IMG/VR virus record: IMGVR_UViG_3300034073_001700
Span: 1-64,000 of that record
Reading direction: 5' to 3' (one strand)
Length of the DNA stretch: 64,000 bases
Source: a virus
The notes below the pieces were generated by a model, which did no database searches, was not told where the DNA came from, and saw only the letters and a list, made by a program, of their open reading frames with translations. Positions 29,611 to 38,234 of the stretch are shown here, in pieces. The position numbers were made by a program, and so were the translations under genes. The number at the start of each line of letters is the position of its first letter. Position 1 is the stretch's first letter.

Positions 29611-31800
29611 CTATGTAAGACACATACTTCCTGTCCATGAGCCTCCGCTTGCATAGCATTCCCAACATGTACAGTTTCCTCCGCATCCAAAGTCAAAACA
29701 GTCAATAACTGGTGCTGCTACTGGTGTTGGGGCAGCAGGGCTAGGTGCTGCAGGGCTAGGCGCTACTGGTGTAGGCGCAACTGGAGTAGGTGCTACTGGA
29801 GTAGGTGCTACTGGAGTAGGTGCTACTGGTGTAGGCGCTACTGGACTTGGTGCTGCTGCTGGAGAAGGTGTAAAGAATGGGAAGTATGGGAATGATGGTG
29901 GGAAGAATGGTGGTGCTACAGGGCTAGGTGCTACAGGTGAAGGAGCGACTGGGCTTGGTGCTACTGGGCTTGGTGCTACTGGTGCAGGCGCTGGTTCGTA
30001 GCAACTTGTCCATGTACTGGAAAGTATTGAACCAGTATAGTCTGGTTGATCATAGCAAACTGTATAATTTGCGAAGCCAGAAGAGCATGAGAATGTGCCA
30101 TCTTCTTGAACTTCATTTCTGCAATAACTTTGAACTGGTGCAGGTGCAGGGGCAGGGGCAGGTGCTGGGGTTGGTGCTGGGGTTGGTGTTGGAGCAACTG
30201 CTACAGGAGTGGGTGCTACAGGAGTAGGTGCTACAGGAGTAGGTGCTGCTGGTGCAGGTGCTGGAGTTGGAGTGCTTCCACAATTCTGTGGTGTTGTGTA
30301 AACTCCGCCCTGTAAAGTATTTCCTGGTTCATCATTTTGACAAGCAGTCGTTAGTCCTGTTACTGCTGCTGATTCACTAGAGTATGAACCACTTACTGCT
30401 GTTCCATTAACACAACAAGCATAATAAGTTGTTAATCCTACTGGTGCAGGAGAAGCAGGTGCAGGAACAGGTGCTGCTGGTGCTGGTACAGGTATTGGTG
30501 CTTCACAGGTTATTGAAGGAACAGTTCCAGTACCACTTTGAGTATTGGTTAGAGTTGTTCCACATTGTGCGTCTAAGTCTAAGAATGCTAATTGTTCTGT
30601 TTCTCCAGCGCCAGTTAATTGAACGCCATCACAGCATCCTGTATACCACCATCCCTCTGACTGTACTGGTGCTGGTGCTGGTGCAGGCGCTGGTGCTGGC
30701 GCAGGCGCAGGAGTAGGAATAGGAGTAGGTGCTGGGGTTGGTGACCCAGAACACGTTAATGTTGGAATAGTACCATCAACTCCGCTTTGTTGATCTGTAA
30801 CAGTTCCAGAACACTGACTATTCATTAAGTTAAATGCTGTTGTAAAGTCAACTGTGCTTGTTCCAGTTACTTGTGATCCAGTGTCACTGCAGCAACCAGT
30901 GTACCAATATGTTGTAGAGGGTGAGGTTGGTACTGGGGTAATAACTGGTGCTGGTGTTGGCGTGGGTGCTGGTGCTGGTGCAGGTGTTGGTGTTGGAGTA
31001 GGGGTTGGAGTAGGGGTTGGGACTGGGACAGGTGTTGTAACTGGTGCAGGCGCTACAGGAGCAGGCGCTACAGGAGCAGGTGCTACTGGGGCTGGTGCAA
31101 TAGGTGCTGGCGCAGGTGTGGGAGCAGGTGTAGGTGCAGGAGCAGGAGTTGGTGCAGGTGCAGGTGCTGGAGCAATACCTTCATTTATATCTCCATAAAC
31201 AACCCATGTATTTGTATCAATTTTTAATACTGTTACTTTTCCATACTGCTCATCTATTTTTGCAGAAGTGCCTTTTGAATTAACCGTAACTCCATCTTCT
31301 CCAGAAATTGTTACATCTCCAGATCCAAGTCTTACTATCTCTACCTTATATCCATTATCAATTGCTTCCAAAGAATTTAGTGGTATTGTAATTATTGTTT
31401 CTGATGTGTTATCTACGGTTATTACTTTACCTGCATCGGATGCAGTGATTGTATAGTCAGATAACTTTGCCTGTATTAAAGAATATCCATTTATGTACTT
31501 CCATTTAGTCCCATCATAATATTGGACTTGATTTATTACTGTACCGCCACCAGATTGTTGCCTAACAAAACAAACTGCACCGTTAGACGGGGAAGGTAAT
31601 GCTAAATCACGTTCTTCTGGTGTTTGAAAATTATTTATTCCAGCCCTAGACTTTAAGACCTCTTCAAATGTGACTGGTGATGAAAATGTTTGGCTTGCTG
31701 TCCAGGTGTAAGAAGCATTTGTATTAATAGCACCACTAATTGCATACCAAGTACCGTCTTTATAAACATATGCGACTTTTCCATCTGTATTAATTGCCAT
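29611..31800 (-). CDS. Fibre-like protein with long Pro/Ala/Thr repeats and Cys-rich modules
   Basis: N-terminal fibre-type domain, (PA)n/(PT)n/(PVAPT)n tracts, three Y..CC..C..C modules, PPFFPPSFPYFPFF segment, Cys-rich tail. Confidence 0.8.
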   Translation of the reverse strand: MAINTDGKVAYVYKDGTWYAISGAINTNASYTWTASQTFSSPVTFEEVLKSRAGINNFQTPEERDLALPSPSNGAVCFVRQQSGGGTVINQVQYYDGTKWKYINGYSLIQAKLSDYTITASDAGKVITVDNTSETIITIPLNSLEAIDNGYKVEIVRLGSGDVTISGEDGVTVNSKGTSAKIDEQYGKVTVLKIDTNTWVVYGDINEGIAPAPAPAPTPAPAPTPAPTPAPAPIAPAPVAPAPVAPAPVAPAPVTTPVPVPTPTPTPTPTPTPAPAPAPTPTPAPVITPVPTSPSTTYWYTGCCSDTGSQVTGTSTVDFTTAFNLMNSQCSGTVTDQQSGVDGTIPTLTCSGSPTPAPTPIPTPAPAPAPAPAPAPAPVQSEGWWYTGCCDGVQLTGAGETEQLAFLDLDAQCGTTLTNTQSGTGTVPSITCEAPIPVPAPAAPVPAPASPAPVGLTTYYACCVNGTAVSGSYSSESAAVTGLTTACQNDEPGNTLQGGVYTTPQNCGSTPTPAPAPAAPTPVAPTPVAPTPVAVAPTPTPAPTPAPAPAPAPAPVQSYCRNEVQEDGTFSCSSGFANYTVCYDQPDYTGSILSSTWTSCYEPAPAPVAPSPVAPSPVAPSPVAPSPVAPPFFPPSFPYFPFFTPSPAAAPSPVAPTPVAPTPVAPTPVAPTPVAPTPVAPSPAAPSPAAPTPVAAPVIDCFDFGCGGNCTCWECYASGGSWTGSMCLT

Positions 31801-31906
31801 CAGATGTCAACCCCAATGCTCTTAATTCAGACTCTGTTAATCCTAAAGCAACTAATTTTGCTATGGCTCTTTCTTTAAGTATTTGATTAGTGTTATCTTC
31901 AGACAT
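31790..31906 (-). CDS. 38-aa protein MSEDNTNQILKERAIAKLVALGLTESELRALGLTSDGN (not in ORF track)
   Basis: Fills the gap with overlapping start/stop; KLxALGLT.xE motif seen next to phage fibre genes. Confidence 0.6.
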   Translation of the reverse strand: MSEDNTNQILKERAIAKLVALGLTESELRALGLTSDGN

Positions 31907-32340
31907 TATTCACCAATCACCCGCCATTCTGAGCCAGACCAAACATACATTTTTAGCGGGGTAGAGTCAGAATCAACCCATAAAGTTCCAGCAGTAAGAT
32001 CAGTAGTTGGAGCACTAGCAGAATATGTGGCAGTTCCATATGTTGGTGCATTTCCAGTTACTGATGTAGAATCAACCCAGATATATCCATTTACAAGGTT
32101 TGTGCCAGTTGGTGCGGTATCTGAATAAATAGAACGAGCAGGATCATCCTCAATAAAATCAACCCTAGTATCTAATGCCTTAAAATGACCAGCAATAGAG
32201 TTTGCAATAACATCTTCTTCTGTTGTTGGGGCAGTTGTAGATCCATAATGATAAGTTCTTAAAGCAGCCTGAATATCAGCAGCGTCCTCATAACCTGGTA
32301 CCTGCGTTTTATAAATTTGTCCAATATCTTCAGAAGCCAC
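31906..32340 (-). CDS. Virion structural protein
   Basis: Two AP.....G.(I/L)WVDS repeats. Confidence 0.65.
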   Translation of the reverse strand: MASEDIGQIYKTQVPGYEDAADIQAALRTYHYGSTTAPTTEEDVIANSIAGHFKALDTRVDFIEDDPARSIYSDTAPTGTNLVNGYIWVDSTSVTGNAPTYGTATYSASAPTTDLTAGTLWVDSDSTPLKMYVWSGSEWRVIGE

Positions 32341-32358
32341 CCTTGATCACCACCTGAA

Positions 32359-32943
32359 TTATACCACCCTAATATCAAGGTGTACTGTTCTAGTTCCTGA
32401 TATATTGCTCCAAGATCCTTCATCATATTCTATTGCTTTTAATGTTATCACTAGGTTTATAAATTCTGTCTCTGCATCTGGAACTACCTGAATAGAGTCT
32501 ATAGATGTAGATAAAGGGTTTTGGTTTTCTATGCTATATACAATATTAAAATTTTCTGGCTCTGGTAGTGAACCGATTAGAGATAGTGGCAATATGTCAG
32601 TAACATTTATAGTTTTAATAGCAAAACCATCTACAAAATCTAAAGCATAATTTTTTCTTAACTCATTGGGGAATATCTTAAATACTTTTTGCCATGTTCC
32701 GCCTAAAACTGGAACAGATATAAATTGATAAACTGTTAAATATTCGCTATCTAATGGGTTTAAATTAAAAAATAAATCATATGGCAATGGGGTTCCTTCA
32801 AAAACTTCTGTAGGCTTTCCTATTCCTAAAAATATCTGACTTCCTCTTTGTCCTTTTTGTCCGATATCTAAATCTACTTCTATTGTTGTTGGTGGTCCAA
32901 CAACCAACATATCCTCCGTAGATAATAGAACTTCAGTTGTCAT
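32359..32943 (-). CDS. Virion structural protein
   Basis: GQKGQRGS short collagen-like start; operon context. Confidence 0.6.
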   Translation of the reverse strand: MTTEVLLSTEDMLVVGPPTTIEVDLDIGQKGQRGSQIFLGIGKPTEVFEGTPLPYDLFFNLNPLDSEYLTVYQFISVPVLGGTWQKVFKIFPNELRKNYALDFVDGFAIKTINVTDILPLSLIGSLPEPENFNIVYSIENQNPLSTSIDSIQVVPDAETEFINLVITLKAIEYDEGSWSNISGTRTVHLDIRVV

Positions 32944-33311
32944 GTTGTAATACTCACCTGATCAGTAATTGATATTGTTCCAGTGAGAACTGTATATACA
33001 TAACTATAGGGGCTGGACGCTTTTCTAATTTCTACATCATAAACATATGTTTTACTAGCATCTAAAGAGTTTCCGTCATCTGGTCTAATGGCACATCTAA
33101 TATAGTTTGGAAATGAAGAACTATCAGTGTCAGTTGGAATTATCGCATAACATTCTGCTGTGTAGGCTACACCTCGTGACTCTGCAATTCTAAAAGTAAC
33201 CGTATAGTCAGTTAGGTCCATAGCAGATCCGCCTGCTAATTTAGGGTATACGTTAAATTCGTAAGTGTCACCTTTATAATAATTAATGTTTAACTCGCCT
33301 GGAAATGCCAT
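32940..33311 (-). CDS. BppU-N-like structural protein
   Basis: KGDTY...YVYDVEI...VLTGTISITDQV. Confidence 0.6.
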   Translation of the reverse strand: MAFPGELNINYYKGDTYEFNVYPKLAGGSAMDLTDYTVTFRIAESRGVAYTAECYAIIPTDTDSSSFPNYIRCAIRPDDGNSLDASKTYVYDVEIRKASSPYSYVYTVLTGTISITDQVSITT

Positions 33312-33328
33312 GGGTTCCTCCTAGATTA

Positions 33329-34057
33329 TTATACCACGCTGACGTATATAGAATTCATGATTAAGGAGGAGTCGTAATCTGCCCTAATTTGTGGAATTGC
33401 TCCATTAGACCACATATGACTATCTTCAATGAAAAAGTGCTGAGTTACATACATATTGTAGACATACTGATATTTTAAGGTAGCAACATATTGTGAAATT
33501 TCGGTGGTAGATTTAGGGAAAAAAGTTCTAATCCAAACCTCTGTATTGTTATTATGTGTGGTCAGTTCAAAATTATATGTAACAAATACTTGAGACCCTA
33601 TTTTTAAACCATGAAAATTTAGCATTTTTTGGTGCTCGTTCCATAGACTAGTGCATCCTTGTGGTAAATATTTTTCGTTTGTATTTATGCCTTTTGAATC
33701 TACCGAAACATTAACCCATCCATCTTCACCTTGGCTTGCTCCTAATTTTATATCTTTCCTATTTTGATTAAAATATGCCCCCCATCCAGCCTGTTGTCCA
33801 GAAGAAGATAAAGAACTTAAGCCGTCTTTACCAGGTGTACCTCTTTCGCCTTTAGGACCCTGAATGCCGTCCTTTCCTGCAGGCCCTTGAGGTCCAGGTA
33901 CCCCTTGCACTCCTTGAGGTCCCTGTGGACCCATTGGGCCAGGAACGGGTACATAATTAATTAAAACATCAGCATTAGTACTTTGAGTTTCTACAACTTG
34001 TGCAGCATAACTTGATTTTTTACTTGAAGGGAAGTCCATGGATTTAGACATTGCCAT
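33329..34057 (-). CDS. Collagen-like (Gly-X-Y) structural protein
   Basis: GPMGPQGPQGVQGVPGPQGPAGKDGIQGPKGERGTPGKDG. Confidence 0.8.
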   Translation of the reverse strand: MAMSKSMDFPSSKKSSYAAQVVETQSTNADVLINYVPVPGPMGPQGPQGVQGVPGPQGPAGKDGIQGPKGERGTPGKDGLSSLSSSGQQAGWGAYFNQNRKDIKLGASQGEDGWVNVSVDSKGINTNEKYLPQGCTSLWNEHQKMLNFHGLKIGSQVFVTYNFELTTHNNNTEVWIRTFFPKSTTEISQYVATLKYQYVYNMYVTQHFFIEDSHMWSNGAIPQIRADYDSSLIMNSIYVSVV

Positions 34058-34067
34058 GGTTTATTTT

Positions 34068-34574
34068 TTATTCCTCTGACTCGTAAACAAATGACATGTG
34101 AAATAAGTCAGATGTGGTTAAATTAATTGGAGCGTTGTGAATAAATGGCTCATCTTTTGATGATCCAGAAACATACCATAATGTAGCAGTATTACTTCCT
34201 ACATTTAAATGTCCTTTAATGCTATAGTGATCATTTCCGCTTGTATCATGAATTGATCCACCATAAACATCTGTGTGCCATCTTGATGTAAACGGTAAAG
34301 TAATTGAGTATTGTCCGCTTCCAAAATTTGTAACATTTGTCATGTCTACAGAAATTTGAACAAAAATCATTGTTCCATTTTTAATATAAGAACCAAATGC
34401 TGGTGCTCCTGTATAAGAAAGACCTGTTCCAGACCATGTTGGTACATATAATTCTGGCTCTGATGCTGGACCTGCTGGACCTACTGGGCCAATCTCTCCT
34501 TGTGGACCTTGCGGACCCTGTTCTCCTTGCTGTCCTTCTGCACCTGGCATAGGAACAATCTTAATTACTGCCAT
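34068..34574 (-). CDS. Collagen-like structural protein
   Basis: GAEGQQGEQGPQGPQGEIGPVGPAGPA then beta-rich domain. Confidence 0.75.
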   Translation of the reverse strand: MAVIKIVPMPGAEGQQGEQGPQGPQGEIGPVGPAGPASEPELYVPTWSGTGLSYTGAPAFGSYIKNGTMIFVQISVDMTNVTNFGSGQYSITLPFTSRWHTDVYGGSIHDTSGNDHYSIKGHLNVGSNTATLWYVSGSSKDEPFIHNAPINLTTSDLFHMSFVYESEE

Positions 34575-34972
34575 TATAAAGTACCTCCTGGTGTAATATC
34601 ACCTAATACATAAATAGTTCCAATAACTGGAGTCCACACTGTGTCTTCAATTTCGTTTGGAATAATAACCTGTAAATCAAAAGGAAGTTCTGCAACATTT
34701 GCTGCATACTTCAATCCCCAATTTTTAGTTACTGAGGGATAGGCAGTAATATCAACATAGCCAGGCTCTGATGCACAATCGAGGGCATCTAAAATATCTC
34801 CAGACTGATCGTATGCTGTTGCTCTATAGATCCATCCCTCAGTATCATAGTAAGTAGCCTCGTCGTCTTCATAAAATTCTACTCGTAATGTTGCGGTATC
34901 TCCACGTACAACTCGCCATTGAATATTTGCTGGGTCAGCACCAAATTTTTCGGGAGCACAGAGATTTGCCAT
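34574..34972 (-). CDS. BppU-N-like structural protein
   Basis: WRVVRGDTA...FDLQV...VWTPVIGTI; paralog of 22443..22832. Confidence 0.6.
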   Translation of the reverse strand: MANLCAPEKFGADPANIQWRVVRGDTATLRVEFYEDDEATYYDTEGWIYRATAYDQSGDILDALDCASEPGYVDITAYPSVTKNWGLKYAANVAELPFDLQVIIPNEIEDTVWTPVIGTIYVLGDITPGGTL

Positions 34973-35001
34973 AATAAAAGATTATACCATGAAAATATGG
35001 A

Positions 35002-35047
35002 CTTGCCCCTTGATCGGTGGGTATGAGAGACAGACCAAAGGGGCAAG
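35002..35047 (-). ncRNA. Candidate small hairpin RNA
   Basis: 10-bp stem CTTGCCCCTT/AAGGGGCAAG starting about 7 nt downstream of a minus-strand TGnTATACT promoter; no ORF. Confidence 0.35.
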
Positions 35048-35252
35048 CATTAAAAGTATATCATAACGGATAAAACGGACATACTTATTTGAAGTAAAAA
35101 ATTACATGTGGTATAGTGTTTAAATGGGTTTGTAGGGGCTTTGCACTGAGAGATATGCAACGCTCCCTTTCTCACCATTAGATTGTAGTATAAAAATCTA
35201 TGGGGGGAGGGGGGGCTTTCCCTAAGAGATATTACTTATATATTATATATAA

Positions 35253-35519
35253 CTACTTGGTGGTTTTAGAAATATGGTCTAACAAAACTTCAAACATCTT
35301 GTCTATTTTTCTGTGTAATTCTTTTCTATCTTCTTCTGCGTCTTCTGATTTTTTTTCTAATCTGTTAATTTGATCTTTCAATGATGATCCTCCGTTAGGC
35401 TTTAGTTCTGCTCTTATTTCGTCAAAATAATGTTTTGTTAACCACTTGACTGAACCTACAGCAAATGCTACAATAGAACATATTGAAACTATTAACGCTG
35501 CCCAGGATTCAATTGACAT
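35253..35519 (-). CDS. Holin-like membrane protein
   Basis: One N-terminal TM helix, ELKPNGGSSLKD motif typical of actinophage lysis-region proteins, coiled coil. Confidence 0.6.
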   Translation of the reverse strand: MSIESWAALIVSICSIVAFAVGSVKWLTKHYFDEIRAELKPNGGSSLKDQINRLEKKSEDAEEDRKELHRKIDKMFEVLLDHISKTTK

Positions 35520-35552
35520 TATGAAAGATATTATAAGGGGAATTTTTAAAAA

Positions 35553-36320
35553 ATGAAATCTCGTATACTGGAAACGCTGGAGTATTCTACAAATTTAATA
35601 ATATCCCCAGATATGGATGGTTTCGTTTCGGCGCAGTTACTAAATCGTTATAACGGTGCAAAGGTTGTTGGCACTTACGATAAGAATATTCTTTGTCTTT
35701 CGCCAGGAATTAGTCCTAAAGATTGTTTGTTCGTCGACTGCGATATGAATCATCCAGAATACGTGTCGATTGGCAATCATATGCGTTTGCAAAATGACAA
35801 TATGTCGGCGAAAAGTTTTAACCCCAATATTCATTTCGGTATAACTAAGTACAGCGACAAATTTCCATTCGCAACCGCTTATTTAATTGCTTACGCTACA
35901 GATATTAAAACATCGGCGTCAGAGATGATACGCATGGCCTACGCTGACTCTACCCTACGCAATATGGATAATTACAGCGATAACATGCGAACATGGTCTG
36001 ATAGGATGATTTGCCCTGCAGTGGATTATGTTATTTATGAAACCGAAGATGCCAGAGAAATTGACGACGGTATACGAAACATCTATCCAAACCAATCCTT
36101 TACGTCAAAGCGGTATGGCAAAGAGCGGTATATACAAACCCTCAATGAGGCATTTGTCCAAGAGAAGATATACCACGAAGTCCTCAATAAGGGATATAAA
36201 TATAAAACCGATAAAGTTGGTTTGACAACCGTAAATAAATATATGTGTGATATTTTCTCATATGCTGAAGTGTTTGGGGGAGAGTATTCTATTACGTATT
36301 ATGATAGAATAGAATGGTGA
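35553..36320 (+). CDS. DHH-phosphoesterase-like protein
   Basis: SPDMDG (DxDG), LFVD, GNH in place of DHH. Confidence 0.5.
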   Translation: MKSRILETLEYSTNLIISPDMDGFVSAQLLNRYNGAKVVGTYDKNILCLSPGISPKDCLFVDCDMNHPEYVSIGNHMRLQNDNMSAKSFNPNIHFGITKYSDKFPFATAYLIAYATDIKTSASEMIRMAYADSTLRNMDNYSDNMRTWSDRMICPAVDYVIYETEDAREIDDGIRNIYPNQSFTSKRYGKERYIQTLNEAFVQEKIYHEVLNKGYKYKTDKVGLTTVNKYMCDIFSYAEVFGGEYSITYYDRIEW

Positions 36321-36514
36321 GAGACGTAAGGTTTAGTGATTTGTTTGATCCTTCTCAGCCAAGAAGTGATAGGCAGTTAATTGAATCCCGCCTCGAAATT
36401 TGCAATACGTGTGAATGGTTTAACAAGCGTATGGTAAAATGTAAGAAATGCGGTTGTTTCATGAAATTGAAGTCAACCTTAAAACAAGCAAAATGTCCTA
36501 TAGGAAAGTGGTGA
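36314..36514 (+). CDS. Small Cys-rich DUF6171-like protein
   Basis: RLEICNTC...CKKCGCFM...CPIGKW. Confidence 0.7.
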   Translation: MVRDVRFSDLFDPSQPRSDRQLIESRLEICNTCEWFNKRMVKCKKCGCFMKLKSTLKQAKCPIGKW

Positions 36515-36517
36515 AAC

Positions 36518-36703
36518 ATGAGTAAGGAAGAAGTAATCAAGATCATGTTGGACAGCATCAATGCTGACAACAGAGAATTGTCTAAGAAGGCTGGAATTAA
36601 GGAAGAAGACGCTGAAGCGCAAATTGCACAAAGTCAGCCAAGTCTTGTTTTTATTCTAGGTAATGTTTACGATAAGTTGAAGAGCAACAACATTATTGCT
36701 TAA
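36518..36703 (+). CDS. Hypothetical protein
   Basis: Follows previous gene by 3 nt; hairpin downstream. Confidence 0.6.
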   Translation: MSKEEVIKIMLDSINADNRELSKKAGIKEEDAEAQIAQSQPSLVFILGNVYDKLKSNNIIA

Positions 36704-36723
36704 TTTATTGTACAATAATAATG

Positions 36724-36762
36724 CCCCAGTATCAAATAGATATTTGGGGTATTATTTTTTTA
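36724..36762 (+). terminator. Intrinsic terminator between convergent units
   Basis: CCCCAGTATC...GATATTTGGGG followed by T-rich run. Confidence 0.55.
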
Positions 36763-37042
36763 TGATTCTTGTACGTTAACCTCAGGTGTGTTATCTTCTT
36801 CTACAGGTGTTGATCTATGAGGATTATCACATGTACAGGCATCACAGCACCGTGGTGGGGTTTCGATTGTCTCAGTCATAGCAATCATTATAGCACCTAA
36901 TTATTATCCTTGCAGGAGCAGTTTTCACAGCATTGTTCTTGGAACATCTTTAGGGCTAAACCGTCGTTTTCTGGCCTACCCAGATCTTCCCAAAATTTTT
37001 CACGACCCATATTGTCATTTTCTGAAATTTTTTCTGATTCGC

Positions 37043-37435
37043 TCATTTTTGTTCCTTTGATATATAGATATCCTCTACCACAAAGCCATCTTCTCTATCA
37101 TATATAACCCAGTCTATAGACTTAATATCAAACCGTTCATTGAGTGCATTAAGTACCGTGAATTTATCTAGGCTACCGCATGTGTATAGGTCGAATTGTA
37201 GTAATCCTGGATCTACCTCGTCCCAGATGTGAAATGCTATATGGCTTGTCTCAATCATAACAATTGCTGTCAAACCTTTGTTTCCAGGAGCATCTACATA
37301 TGAGGCAAATGGTCCTTTGATTATTTTCATATCTACCCTGCGAACTAGGTCTTTTAAGAACTCTACCGCCTCATCCTCTGATCGGATCGGATTTGATACC
37401 TTGGCGTTTACGAGCATGTGCTTGTGGAATATCAT
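37043..37435 (-). CDS. speD: S-adenosylmethionine decarboxylase proenzyme family
   Basis: GLTAIVMIETSHIAFHIW, FDLYTCG. Confidence 0.8.
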   Translation of the reverse strand: MIFHKHMLVNAKVSNPIRSEDEAVEFLKDLVRRVDMKIIKGPFASYVDAPGNKGLTAIVMIETSHIAFHIWDEVDPGLLQFDLYTCGSLDKFTVLNALNERFDIKSIDWVIYDREDGFVVEDIYISKEQK

Positions 37436-37630
37436 GTGTTTATTATACCCTAAGTCCTTGTAGGTAGGCTAAATAGTTTAATATTAAAAATATTACCAGT
37501 ACCCCGCCTATTGTGTATTTCATAAATTCATTATACCAAAAATCTGAATTTTTTGCTGATATGCATGATGCGTGTAATTGTAATAAAAAGATAAAAAAAT
37601 AGTGAGCACTTTTTGCTCACGATCTTTTAT

Positions 37631-37819
37631 TTATTCTTTTGGCATTTTTCCAACGACCCAGCCGTTATGGATTCCGACCAGTGGGGCGTCAATACATACG
37701 GCATACCCCTGCGGCAATTTAGATGGAAAGAAAGCAATAAACTTTTCTACATGCTCTCTTGTATAAAACGGAATAGTTTTACTCTCTCCGTTAGTTGTTG
37801 TTAGTTTTACTTGTATCAT
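37631..37819 (-). CDS. Small early-type hypothetical protein
   Basis: SD AGGAG upstream. Confidence 0.65.
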   Translation of the reverse strand: MIQVKLTTTNGESKTIPFYTREHVEKFIAFFPSKLPQGYAVCIDAPLVGIHNGWVVGKMPKE

Positions 37820-37914
37820 TTTTATTTTCTCCTAATTCTATTTTATCATAATGAGAGCGGTCATAGTTAGCAAGTGTGCCACCATTTTCAAGGTGGGCTT
37901 TTCTTCTTAGTTGT

Positions 37915-38040
37915 TCAGTTGAATAATTCATCTGCTACACACTCGCAAGGTTCAATCCAAAAATCGTCATTGTCTCCAATGAAGATGTAGCCTCTACCTG
38001 AGCAAGGCTGACATTCAATTGTTTTTACTGAGTTTATCAT
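37915..38040 (-). CDS. 41-aa zinc-finger-like protein (CQPCSGRG...CEC), not in ORF track
   Basis: Hand-translated; SD GGAGG; resembles 40803..41021. Confidence 0.6.
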   Translation of the reverse strand: MINSVKTIECQPCSGRGYIFIGDNDDFWIEPCECVADELFN

Positions 38041-38186
38041 TAGCGCACCTCCATGCTATCTACTGTGTAGCCATGAGCAACAAGGCTATCCATAAGGTTA
38101 TTTATTTGATACTCATTGAGCATGAGTCTATCTTTTACTGTGATGAGGTTGCCCTCTTTTTCTACTGTGTAATTTAGTGTTAGCAT
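38040..38186 (-). CDS. 48-aa hypothetical protein (MLTLNYTVEKEG...), not in ORF track
   Basis: SD AGAAAGG and promoter at 38213-38234. Confidence 0.6.
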   Translation of the reverse strand: MLTLNYTVEKEGNLITVKDRLMLNEYQINNLMDSLVAHGYTVDSMEVR

Positions 38187-38212
38187 TTTGCTACCTTTCT
38201 TTTGATAATCTT

Positions 38213-38234
38213 ATTCTATACCCTGCCACTGACA
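38213..38234 (-). promoter_or_regulatory. PafBC-type promoter TGTCAG-N10-TAGAAT
   Basis: Exact spacing match to TGTCRG-N10-TAnnnT. Confidence 0.6.

Noticed and set aside
29928-31198. Plus-strand GAGVG / VLVQ repeat ORFs resembling silk or elastin
   Set aside because: Antisense of the Pro-Ala-Thr repeats; no RBS or promoter support
37997-38012. CCTGAGCA as fifth pseudoknot copy
   Set aside because: Lacks the AAACTGCTC 3' half and lies antisense within a coding region
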